DNA from: Sphingomonas sp.
GTDB lineage: Bacteria > Pseudomonadota > Alphaproteobacteria > Sphingomonadales > Sphingomonadaceae
DNA length: 64,000 nt
Direction of reading: 5' to 3'
Assembly (NCBI GenBank): GCA_017304655.1
Contig: JAFKLY010000009.1
Location: 117,136-181,135, forward strand
Shown: piece after piece, positions 56,564 through 64,000 of the stretch
Position numbering within the stretch: the first letter of the stretch is position 1
Layout of the letters: each line of letters opens with the position of its first letter
The notes under the pieces: generated by a model
Told to the model about the DNA's origin: nothing
Database searches by the model: none
What the model saw: the letters and a program-made list of their open reading frames with translations, nothing else
Translations under genes and position numbers: made by a program

Positions 56564-59500
56564 ATGCTGTCCCGCATCTTCATTGATCGCCCGATCCTCG
56601 CCTGGGTGATCGCGACGATCGTGATGCTCTCCGGCATCGGCGCCATTCAGGGCCTGCCTATCGCGCAATATCCGGACATCGCGCCGCCGCAGGTGAACAT
56701 CAGCGCCAATTACCCCGGCGCCTCGGCCGAGGCCGTGCAGAACAGTGTCACGCAGATCATCGAGCAATCGCTCAACGGCATCGACGGCCTGCTCTATTTC
56801 ACTTCTTCCTCCGACGCGCGCGGCCGCGCGAACATCACGGCGACCTTCTCCAAAGGGACCGACCCGGACATCGCGCAGGTGCAGGTGCAAAACCAGCTCC
56901 AGTCGGTCATCGCCCGCCTGCCACAGCAGGTGCAGCAGAACGGCGTGCAGGTCCGCAAGTCGAACAACGACATTCTGCTCATCACTGGCATTTACGACGC
57001 CTCGAACCGGATGAGCCCGCAGCAGGTTTCGGATTACCTCTCCTCCAATCTGCAGGATGCGCTCAGTCGCGTGCCCGGCGTCGGTCAGGTCAACGTCTTC
57101 GGCTCGCCCAATGCGATGCGCGTCTGGCTCAATCCGGATAGGCTGGCGAGCTATCAGCTGATGCCAGGCGACGTCATCAGCGCGCTCCAGGCGCAGAATA
57201 CGGAAATCGCAGCCGGCCAACTCGGCGCCGAACCCTCGGCGCCGGACCAATATCTCAACGTGCCGGTGACGGCGCAGTCACGCCTGCAGACGCCCGAGCA
57301 ATTCCGCGCCATCGTGGTCAAAACCCTCTCCAGTGGGGCCACGGTGCGGCTGGGAGATGTCGCGCGGGTCGAGATCGGCGCGGACAACTATACCGTCACC
57401 ATCCATGTCAACGGGCATCCCGGTGCCGGCGTGGCTTTCCAGCTGGCACCGGGCGCGGACGCACTGACCACCGCCGAACTCATCAAGACCAGGGTGCGCG
57501 AACTCGCCAAGACCTTCCCCGAGGGTTTCCAATATGGCTTCGCGCAGGACACGACGGCGTTCATCAAGCTCTCGATCTGGGAAGTCACCAAGACGCTGAT
57601 CGAGGCGATTATCCTCGTCGTGATCGTGATGTTCGTGTTCCTGCAGAACTGGCGGGCAACGCTGGTGCCGACCATCGCCGTGCCGGTGGTGCTGCTCGGC
57701 ACCTTCACCATCCTCTACATCGCCGGCTACACGATCAACACGCTGACGCTCTTCGGCCTCGTCCTGTCGATCGGCCTGCTGGTCGACGACGCCATCGTCG
57801 TGGTCGAGAATGTCGAACGGCTCATGGAAGAAAATCCGGGCATGACCGCGCGCGAGGCGACGATGGAGTCGATGCGCGAGATCACCATGGCCCTCATCGC
57901 CATCGCGCTCGTCCTCTCCGCCGTGTTCATGCCCATGGCCTTCTTCGGCGGCTCGACCGGCGTCATCTATCGCCAGTTCGCCATTACCATCGTCTCGGCC
58001 ATGGCGCTCTCCGTGCTGGTCGCCATCGTTCTCTCGCCCGCCCTGACCACCATCCTGCTCAAGCCGCGCCGCGAGGACGCCGCCGGTGGGGGAGCCGAGA
58101 AGAGCTGGATCGAACGGCGCCTGCCTCGGCTGGACGCAGGCCTCAAGCGCGCGCGCGATGGGTTTAACAGCCGCTTCGAGCGCGGCATCGACCGTTATCT
58201 GGTCGCCATTCGCAAGATCGTGGACCGGCGCAGCGCAGCCCTGATCGCTTATGGTCTGGTCGTCGTGCTGCTCGTCGTGCTGTTCCAGCGCCTGCCCACC
58301 GGCTTCCTGCCCAATGAAGATCAGGGCACGGGTATCGTCAGCTTCCAGCTCCCCACCGGCGCGACGATCAACCGCACCAAGGAAGTCCAGACCGCCGTCG
58401 AGCAATATTTCAAGACCTATGAGAGCGAAACGGTCGAAACCTTCTTCACCGTCGCCGGCACATCCGGGCCGGGCGGCGCGATCGGACAGAATGTCGGTCG
58501 CGGTTTCATCATGTTCAAACCGTGGGATGAGCGGCCGGGCAAACAGAACAGCGCCGAGGCCGTGACGCGCCGTGCGAGTCAGGCGCTGTCAGCCATGCGC
58601 GATGCACAGATCTTCGCGCTCACGCCACCCGCCGTGCCGGGCCTGGGGCAGTCGACCGGCTTCGAGGTGCAAATTCTCAACACCAGCGGAATGCCGCCGG
58701 AGCAATTCGCCGCAGCGCGCGACAAGGTGCTGGCCGCTGCCCGCGCCGACACGGAGCTGGCGGCGGTGCGCCTGCAGGAGATGCCGGACATCGCCTCGCT
58801 GCATATCGAGCTGGATCATCAGAAACTCGCAGCGCTGGGTTTGACGCAGGCGGATGTGAACACCACGCTCTCAGCCGCGTGGGGCGGGCGCTACATTAAT
58901 GATTTCGTCGATAATGGGCGCGTCAAGCGCGTCTATGTGCAGGGCGACATGCAGTTCCGCGCCAAGCCGGAGGACCTCGCGGCCTGGCAGGTGCGCGGCC
59001 GCGACGGCCAGATGGCGCCCTTCTCCGCCTTCTCGACCATCAGCTGGTCAATGGCACCGCCGGGGCTCTCGCGCTTCAACGGCATCCCCTCCTTCCAGAT
59101 CCTCGGCCAGTCCGCGCCCGGATACAGCTCCGGCGAGGCAATGGCCCGGATGGAAAAGCATGTAGCCGACGTGCCCGGTATCGGTCTCGCCTTCTCGGGC
59201 CTTTCCTATCAGGAGCGGCTGTCTGCGGGGCAGGGGCCGATCCTCTATGCGCTCTCGCTCCTCGTCGTGTTCCTTTTCCTCGCTGCGCTTTACGAGAGCT
59301 GGAGTATCCCTATCGCCGTGCTGCTCATCGTGCCGCTCGGCCTGATCGGTGCGGTGCTCGCCGTCTCGCTGCGCGGCCTCGTCAACGATATCTTCCTGCA
59401 GATCGGCCTGCTCACGACCATGGGCCTGGCCGCCAAGAACGCGATCCTGATGATCGAGTTCGCCGAGCAGGCGGAGAAGAGCGGCATGCGCATCATCGAT

Positions 59501-59779
59501 GCGGCGCTGCAGGCCGCGCGACTGCGCCTGCGACCGATCCTGATGACCAGCCTCGCCTTCATCTTCGGCGTGTTGCCGCTCGCCCTCTCCACCGGCGCCG
59601 GCGCCAATGGCCGCATCGCCATCGGCACCGCCGTGATCGGCGGGATGCTGACCGCGACAGTGCTCGCGCTGTTCTACATCCCGCTCTTCTTCATCATCGT
59701 GCGGCGCACGACCCGCGACACGCTGCAGAAGATCAGCGCTCGCATCGTCGCGCGCCGGGCGAGGTCATCGGATCAATGA
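56564..59779 (+). CDS. RND multidrug efflux permease (AcrB/MexB-type, HAE1)
   Basis: [17 protein letters not shown], with 1071 aa, 12-TM architecture and the typical [14 protein letters not shown]. Confidence 0.95.
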   Translation: MLSRIFIDRPILAWVIATIVMLSGIGAIQGLPIAQYPDIAPPQVNISANYPGASAEAVQNSVTQIIEQSLNGIDGLLYFTSSSDARGRANITATFSKGTDPDIAQVQVQNQLQSVIARLPQQVQQNGVQVRKSNNDILLITGIYDASNRMSPQQVSDYLSSNLQDALSRVPGVGQVNVFGSPNAMRVWLNPDRLASYQLMPGDVISALQAQNTEIAAGQLGAEPSAPDQYLNVPVTAQSRLQTPEQFRAIVVKTLSSGATVRLGDVARVEIGADNYTVTIHVNGHPGAGVAFQLAPGADALTTAELIKTRVRELAKTFPEGFQYGFAQDTTAFIKLSIWEVTKTLIEAIILVVIVMFVFLQNWRATLVPTIAVPVVLLGTFTILYIAGYTINTLTLFGLVLSIGLLVDDAIVVVENVERLMEENPGMTAREATMESMREITMALIAIALVLSAVFMPMAFFGGSTGVIYRQFAITIVSAMALSVLVAIVLSPALTTILLKPRREDAAGGGAEKSWIERRLPRLDAGLKRARDGFNSRFERGIDRYLVAIRKIVDRRSAALIAYGLVVVLLVVLFQRLPTGFLPNEDQGTGIVSFQLPTGATINRTKEVQTAVEQYFKTYESETVETFFTVAGTSGPGGAIGQNVGRGFIMFKPWDERPGKQNSAEAVTRRASQALSAMRDAQIFALTPPAVPGLGQSTGFEVQILNTSGMPPEQFAAARDKVLAAARADTELAAVRLQEMPDIASLHIELDHQKLAALGLTQADVNTTLSAAWGGRYINDFVDNGRVKRVYVQGDMQFRAKPEDLAAWQVRGRDGQMAPFSAFSTISWSMAPPGLSRFNGIPSFQILGQSAPGYSSGEAMARMEKHVADVPGIGLAFSGLSYQERLSAGQGPILYALSLLVVFLFLAALYESWSIPIAVLLIVPLGLIGAVLAVSLRGLVNDIFLQIGLLTTMGLAAKNAILMIEFAEQAEKSGMRIIDAALQAARLRLRPILMTSLAFIFGVLPLALSTGAGANGRIAIGTAVIGGMLTATVLALFYIPLFFIIVRRTTRDTLQKISARIVARRARSSDQ

Positions 59780-61179
59780 CGGTGCGCCGCCGCCTTTCCG
59801 CTGCCGCCTGCCTGCTGCTGGCCGGCTGCACGCTCGCGCCCCGATATGAGCGCCCCGCCGCGCCTGTAGCGACAAGCTGGCCGACCGGCGCGGCTTATGC
59901 CGCCGATTATGCCGGCCTGCCCAGCGCCAGCTATCGCGATCTCTTTGGCGACGACCGCCTGCAAAAGCTGATCGCGCTGGCGCTGGAGAATAATCGCGAC
60001 CTGCGCCAGGCCGCAGCCAATATCGAGCGTGCCCGCGCGCAATATCGCGTCCAGCGCGCTGCGCTACCTCCGCAGGTCAATGCCGGCGCCGATGTCTCGA
60101 CAGGCTCAGCATCCGGCGCACCCGTCGCCAACAATGCGTCGGCGGATATCTCCGTGACGGCTTATGAGCTCGATCTGTTTGGGCGGTTGCGCTCACTCAG
60201 CGACGCTGCTCGCAATAGCTATCTTGCCAGCGAGGCCGATGCCCAGACCGTCCGCCTGTCGCTGATCGGCACGCTTGCCCAGGCCTGGCTTGGCTATGCG
60301 GCAGACAAGAGCCTGCTCGATCTCAGCGTGGCGACCGCACAAACGGCGGGGCGGAGCGTGGAGCTGACGCAGGCGCGACTCTCAGGTGGTGTCGCTCCGC
60401 GCACGGATCTGCGTCAGGCGCAGACGATCCTCGCCACGGCCCAATCTGATACCGCCCGTTACACGACAGCGATCGCGCAAGATCGCAATCTGATTGAGCT
60501 ACTGGTCGGCGCGCCGGTCGATGCCGCCCTGCTACCGGAAGCTATTGAGACCGCCGGGGAGCGGATCGCGGTACCTGCAAACAGTACCGGTACGGACGTG
60601 CTGCTGCGCCGGCCGGACGTGATGGCCGCAGAATACAATCTGCGCGCTGCCAATGCGCAGATCGGCGCAGCGCGCGCCGCCCTGTTTCCGCGCATCACGT
60701 TAGGCGCGTTGATCGGCCTTGTCGGTCCATCACTTGAGCGGCTGTTCGGCGATGCCGGCCGCGAAGTCAGCCAAGGCTCCGCTGGCGCAAGCTATTCCGT
60801 CTTCCAGGGTGGCGCGGCGCGGGCGAACCTCGCGGCCAGCAAGGCCCAGCGCGATGCGCTGCTCGCCGCATATGAAAAGGCGATCCAGACCGCCTATCGC
60901 GAAACCGCCGATGCGCTGGCCCGGCTGGGGACGATAGATAAGCAGACCGCTGCTGACCGGCTGCGCACCGAGGCCGCCAAAGATGCGTGGGAGCTGGCCG
61001 AGGCGCGCTATCGCGGCGGTATCGACAGTTTCCTGCAAGCGCTCGACGCCCAGCGGAGCTATTATGCCGCACAGCGCACGCTCGTCGCGACCCAGCTCGA
61101 GGCTGCGAGCAACCGCGTCACGCTCTATCGTGCACTGGGCGGCGAGGCAGCGGCGGGAACGCCGGCTCCGGCGAACTAG
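59776..61179 (+). CDS. RND efflux outer-membrane factor lipoprotein (NodT/OprM family)
   Basis: Lipobox CLLLAGCTL and LENNRDLRQAAANIERA, with duplicated OEP repeats. The start overlaps the permease stop. Confidence 0.9.
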   Translation: MTVRRRLSAAACLLLAGCTLAPRYERPAAPVATSWPTGAAYAADYAGLPSASYRDLFGDDRLQKLIALALENNRDLRQAAANIERARAQYRVQRAALPPQVNAGADVSTGSASGAPVANNASADISVTAYELDLFGRLRSLSDAARNSYLASEADAQTVRLSLIGTLAQAWLGYAADKSLLDLSVATAQTAGRSVELTQARLSGGVAPRTDLRQAQTILATAQSDTARYTTAIAQDRNLIELLVGAPVDAALLPEAIETAGERIAVPANSTGTDVLLRRPDVMAAEYNLRAANAQIGAARAALFPRITLGALIGLVGPSLERLFGDAGREVSQGSAGASYSVFQGGAARANLAASKAQRDALLAAYEKAIQTAYRETADALARLGTIDKQTAADRLRTEAAKDAWELAEARYRGGIDSFLQALDAQRSYYAAQRTLVATQLEAASNRVTLYRALGGEAAAGTPAPAN

Positions 61180-61182
61180 GGC

Positions 61183-61593
61183 TTATTCGGACGCCAGTCT
61201 GGCCGCCGTCTCGCGAATCAGCGCGATCATGTTGGGCAGTCCCTGCGTCCGGTTCGAGGACAATTGCCGCTTGAGATCGAAAGGTCCCAGCGCGCCCTCG
61301 ATATCAAAGACGGCGACATCCGCCGGCTTGCGGTCCTGCACCGTCAGCAGGACCAGCGCGATGATACCTTTGGTGATCGCGGCATTGCTGTCCGCCAGAA
61401 AGTGCAGCGCGCCATCTTCGCGGCGGGTGGGATAGACCCAAACAGAGGCCGAACATCCCCGCACAAGCGTGGCGTCCGTTTTCAACGCGTCTGGCATGGG
61501 TTCGAGGGATTTGCCCAGGTCGATGAGCAGCCGGTAGCGCTCGTCCCCTTCGAGCAGTTCGTAGTCGTCCTGGATTTGCTGGAGCGTCGTCAT
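61183..61593 (-). CDS. sufE: SufE-family sulfur acceptor protein
   Basis: YRLLIDLGKSL and VRGCSASVWV (active-site Cys). ATG at 61593. Confidence 0.85.
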   Translation of the reverse strand: MTTLQQIQDDYELLEGDERYRLLIDLGKSLEPMPDALKTDATLVRGCSASVWVYPTRREDGALHFLADSNAAITKGIIALVLLTVQDRKPADVAVFDIEGALGPFDLKRQLSSNRTQGLPNMIALIRETAARLASE

Positions 61594-61653
61594 GCGCCCC
61601 ATATAGGCCGCGCGGCCCGCCAGGCCAGCAAAACCCGGCGGACCCTTGGCCGT

Positions 61654-61911
61654 CTAGAGGTCGATCCCGGCGGCAATCGCCTCAAGCTTGCGGATACGCT
61701 CCTTGAGGTCGGCAACGTCGATGCGCGTCGCAGCGGAGGGCGTGCTCGCCGGCTCCACATAGCCGCGCTGCCCGGCGACAAGCTCCAGCTCGGCGCGCTT
61801 GAGCGCCAGCCAGCCATTCCATCCCCGGAGGACGGCCATGGTGAGGATGCCGAGCCAGAGGGTCAGGGTGAGCGCCGCTGCGCCATATTGCAGGATGGTC
61901 AGGTCGGTCAT
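61654..61911 (-). CDS. small single-pass membrane protein, Psp-cluster paralogue 5 (most divergent)
   Basis: TM LTLTLWLGILTMAVL, then C-terminal LKERIRKLEAIAAGIDL. GGAAGGA RBS. Confidence 0.5.
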   Translation of the reverse strand: MTDLTILQYGAAALTLTLWLGILTMAVLRGWNGWLALKRAELELVAGQRGYVEPASTPSAATRIDVADLKERIRKLEAIAAGIDL

Positions 61912-61951
61912 GATAGCGTCCTTCCCGTCAAAAACCGAGCCTCTTGCAGGC

Positions 61952-62218
61952 TTACGGTCTGTCGATTTGCTTGAGTTTCTCGAATTCCCGATCGAGCGCG
62001 CTGGTGCTGTCGGTCGCCAGACGCTCCAGCACTGCGACGCGCTCCTTGAGCTGCTTCACCTCGTCGCGCAGACGATCGGCCTCTGCGTCATTGGCGCCCG
62101 CCCCGCCGCCGACGAATCGCTCGCCGCGGTGACGGTGGCCGACGCCCAGCTTTGCGCGAACGATGCCGCCGATCGTGACGATCAGTACGATGCCTATGAC
62201 CATTTCATAAGAATTCAT
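61952..62218 (-). CDS. small single-pass membrane protein with PspC-tail-like motif, paralogue 4
   Basis: TM MVIGIVLIVTIGGIV, then KERVAVLERLATDSTSALDREFEKL. AGGAGG RBS. Confidence 0.6.
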   Translation of the reverse strand: MNSYEMVIGIVLIVTIGGIVRAKLGVGHRHRGERFVGGGAGANDAEADRLRDEVKQLKERVAVLERLATDSTSALDREFEKLKQIDRP

Positions 62219-62249
62219 AATGAGCCCTCCTGCTCAAACCTGCTTCGTT

Positions 62250-62540
62250 TCAGTGCTCAATCCGACGCGGCGTGTCGTCCTGGCCCAGCTGGTCGATCTC
62301 CCTTGCGAGGTCGGCACCCCGATCGGTCACGATCCGCTCCAGCACCCGCACCCGCTGCTCCAGACGCTCGGTCTGCGCTGCATATTGCGCCGCCTTCTCT
62401 GCCGTTTGCGATCCCATGATCTCCAGCTCGCGCTCGCGCAGCGCGATGTTGCGCTTGTGGATCTTGTTCAGCATGTCCGCAATCACCGGGATGCCGACCA
62501 CGATCAGGAAGAAGCCGAGAACCAATATTGCCTTTTCCAT
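62250..62540 (-). CDS. small single-pass membrane protein with PspC-tail-like motif, paralogue 3
   Basis: TM ILVLGFFLIVVGIPVI, then EQRVRVLERIVTDRGADLAREIDQL. GAGGGGG RBS. Confidence 0.6.
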   Translation of the reverse strand: MEKAILVLGFFLIVVGIPVIADMLNKIHKRNIALRERELEIMGSQTAEKAAQYAAQTERLEQRVRVLERIVTDRGADLAREIDQLGQDDTPRRIEH

Positions 62541-62550
62541 GGCGTCCCCC

Positions 62551-62889
62551 TCAATTGCGCGTGCCGCGCAGGCTCTCGATTTCGTGCGTAAGGCTGAGCG
62601 AACTGTCGGTCACGATCCGCTCGACATTGGCGAGCCGATCCTTGACCGCGCCCAGCTCGGCGCGAAGCTGCGCATTCTCCTGACTGAGCAGCTTGATGCG
62701 CTCGACGGTTTCCTCATTCTTCATCGGATAGACCGCCTTGCCCCAGCTGTTCTCCAGCGGATACCCGTTGCGCACGCGCAACCAGGTGGTGAAGATCCAG
62801 CCCACAATGCCGAGGAGGCCCAGCAGCATTCCGCCGCCGATGATCCAGGGCAGATTTGGGACGAGCATGTCCGCAGCGTCTTGTTTCAT
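62551..62889 (-). CDS. small single-pass membrane protein with PspC-tail-like motif, paralogue 2
   Basis: TM WIIGGGMLLGLLGIVGWIF, then KDRLANVERIVTDSSLSLTHEIESL. Confidence 0.6.
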   Translation of the reverse strand: MKQDAADMLVPNLPWIIGGGMLLGLLGIVGWIFTTWLRVRNGYPLENSWGKAVYPMKNEETVERIKLLSQENAQLRAELGAVKDRLANVERIVTDSSLSLTHEIESLRGTRN

Positions 62890-62974
62890 TGGTCGATAAT
62901 CCCTGTTGGCAGGGAGGCGTGGCCGATCCCGTTTGCCGATCTGACCCGCTCTCCCCCGTATCTATTCTGAGCGC

Positions 62975-63220
62975 TTACGCTTGGCGCAGCTGCTCGATTT
63001 CCTGCTCCAGCCGGCGCGGCTGCTCCGTGACGATCCGCTCCAGCACTTCCACGCGCCGGCGCATCTCGCCCACTTCCTGCCGGTTCGCGACCGGCTCGCT
63101 GTGCATCGCCGGTTGAGCGGCCAGCGCCTTGCGCACCTTGCGGCGGCCATAAGCCTGGATCGTCAGCAGGGTTGCCACGGCGCTCAGTGCTCCGAGAATG
63201 AATGCCGATATCGGGTCCAT
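62975..63220 (-). CDS. small single-pass membrane protein with PspC-tail-like motif, paralogue 1
   Basis: TM ISAFILGALSAVATLLTI, then RRRVEVLERIVTEQPRRLEQEIEQL. GGGGGAA RBS. Confidence 0.6.
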   Translation of the reverse strand: MDPISAFILGALSAVATLLTIQAYGRRKVRKALAAQPAMHSEPVANRQEVGEMRRRVEVLERIVTEQPRRLEQEIEQLRQA

Positions 63221-63249
63221 CGTCTTTCCCCCTTCTCGCCGCCAGCCGC

Positions 63250-63630
63250 TCAGCGCAGGCTGTCGATCTCGTCCGCCAGGCGCGTGTTGCGGCTGGTATA
63301 GAAGGCCTCGATGTCACCGAGGCGGCGGTCGATGTCGCGAAACTTGCTGCGCACGTCCCGGGTCGAGCGCGCCGGATTGGTCCGCACGCCTTGCCAGAAC
63401 CTCTCATCGTCACGGTCGGCGTAAAGGCCCGAAGGCTTCGGTTCGGCCATCCAGGCGGCGAGGAAATAGGCGATCAGCGTCCAGGGAAAGGCCCCCATGA
63501 GCGTCACCAGCACGGCGCCGATGCGAACCCAGAGCACGTCGATCCCGGTATAGTCGGCGATGCCGGCGCAGACGCCCATCCATTTGGCATTCTGCTTGTC
63601 GAGATAGAATTTGGTGCGACGAGCGGACAT
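63250..63630 (-). CDS. pspC: envelope stress response membrane protein PspC
   Basis: PspC domain FYLDKQNAKWMGVCAGIADYTGIDVLWVRIG and C-terminal DRRLGDIEAFYTSRNTRLADEIDSL. Confidence 0.85.
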   Translation of the reverse strand: MSARRTKFYLDKQNAKWMGVCAGIADYTGIDVLWVRIGAVLVTLMGAFPWTLIAYFLAAWMAEPKPSGLYADRDDERFWQGVRTNPARSTRDVRSKFRDIDRRLGDIEAFYTSRNTRLADEIDSLR

Positions 63631-63632
63631 GG

Positions 63633-63899
63633 TCAGTTCCTCCGGTCGAATGTGTAGTCCTCGGCCTCGATCGGGCGGGCCGGACGGAAATCGGGGTTGT
63701 CGGCGGCGATGATGCGCTCGACGGTCTGCAGCCTTTCCTCCAGGCGGCGGGCGAGAATGTGCATCTCGTCGAGCAGGCGCTCATCCTCGTCAGTGATCTT
63801 CGGCGCCTGCTTCCACTTGGTCACATAATGGAAGATCAGCCAGGGCATGCCGATGAAGAGCATGCCGCAGATGACGATGGGCAAAAGGACCTCTTCCAT
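63633..63899 (-). CDS. pspB: envelope stress response membrane protein PspB
   Basis: N-terminal TM LLPIVICGMLFIGMPWLIFHY, then ERLLDEMHILARRLEERLQTVERIIAADNPDF, as in PspB. Confidence 0.8.
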   Translation of the reverse strand: MEEVLLPIVICGMLFIGMPWLIFHYVTKWKQAPKITDEDERLLDEMHILARRLEERLQTVERIIAADNPDFRPARPIEAEDYTFDRRN

Positions 63900-63902
63900 G
63901 GC

Positions 63903-64000
63903 TCAGTCCTTCTTCTGCGCGGCCTTGAGCGCCGCAAGTTCGGCCTCGACCTTGTCGTTGGACTGCAGCTCGGCAATCTCCTGCTCCAGCGTCTTGGGCT
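63903..64000 (-). CDS. pspA: phage shock protein A (PspA/IM30), C-terminal end only
   Basis: Own translation gives ...PKTLEQEIAELQSNDKVEAELAALKAAQKKD, with stop at 63905-63903. It has coiled-coil character and the position expected for pspA. Confidence 0.6.
   Translation of the reverse strand, partial: PKTLEQEIAELQSNDKVEAELAALKAAQKKD

Noticed and set aside
55247-57250. 667-aa minus-strand ORF
   Set aside because: It is antisense to the RND adaptor and permease genes and has shadow-ORF composition.

Overview
High-GC alphaproteobacterial chromosome segment with Sphingomonadaceae-like gene content. All calls come from reading the ORF track and the raw sequence, because no similarity searches could be run. 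The core backbone carries lipB, queE/queC, hslO, argF/argD, an acetyltransferase plus two GT2 genes, nadB, ligAB, crcB, rpoH, rluD, rlmE, ppx, RNase P RNA (rnpB), tRNA-Gln(CUG) and sufE. It also carries a chpT-cheA-cheW-cheY-cheB-cheR cluster and an RND tripartite efflux operon. The right edge holds pspA(partial)-pspB-pspC followed by five small PspC-tail-like membrane proteins. The headline is at 32.4-36.5 kb. There an ECF sigma/NrsF-type anti-sigma pair is flanked by a DUF2282-type 4-Cys secreted peptide plus DoxX on one side. On the other side sit a 6-Cys secreted peptide, a DUF692 (MNIO) enzyme and a DUF2063 partner. This is a bufferin-type RiPP metallophore locus. All three transcription units carry the same GTAACC-N15/16-CGAA promoter motif, and both precursor genes are followed by GC-rich stem-loops. 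Directly downstream (36.5-46.1 kb) is a visibly lower-GC accessory segment delimited by copies of a bipartite att-like repeat. It contains a LysR regulator, an Old-Yellow-Enzyme gene broken by one in-frame TAA, two SDRs, a tyrosine recombinase and higBA. It also contains a LOV/degenerate-GGDEF/EAL protein, a HisKA-only fragment and a GlxA regulator. No CRISPR arrays, rRNA genes or transposases were seen. Many long ORFs in the track are antisense shadow ORFs typical of high-GC DNA and were not called.
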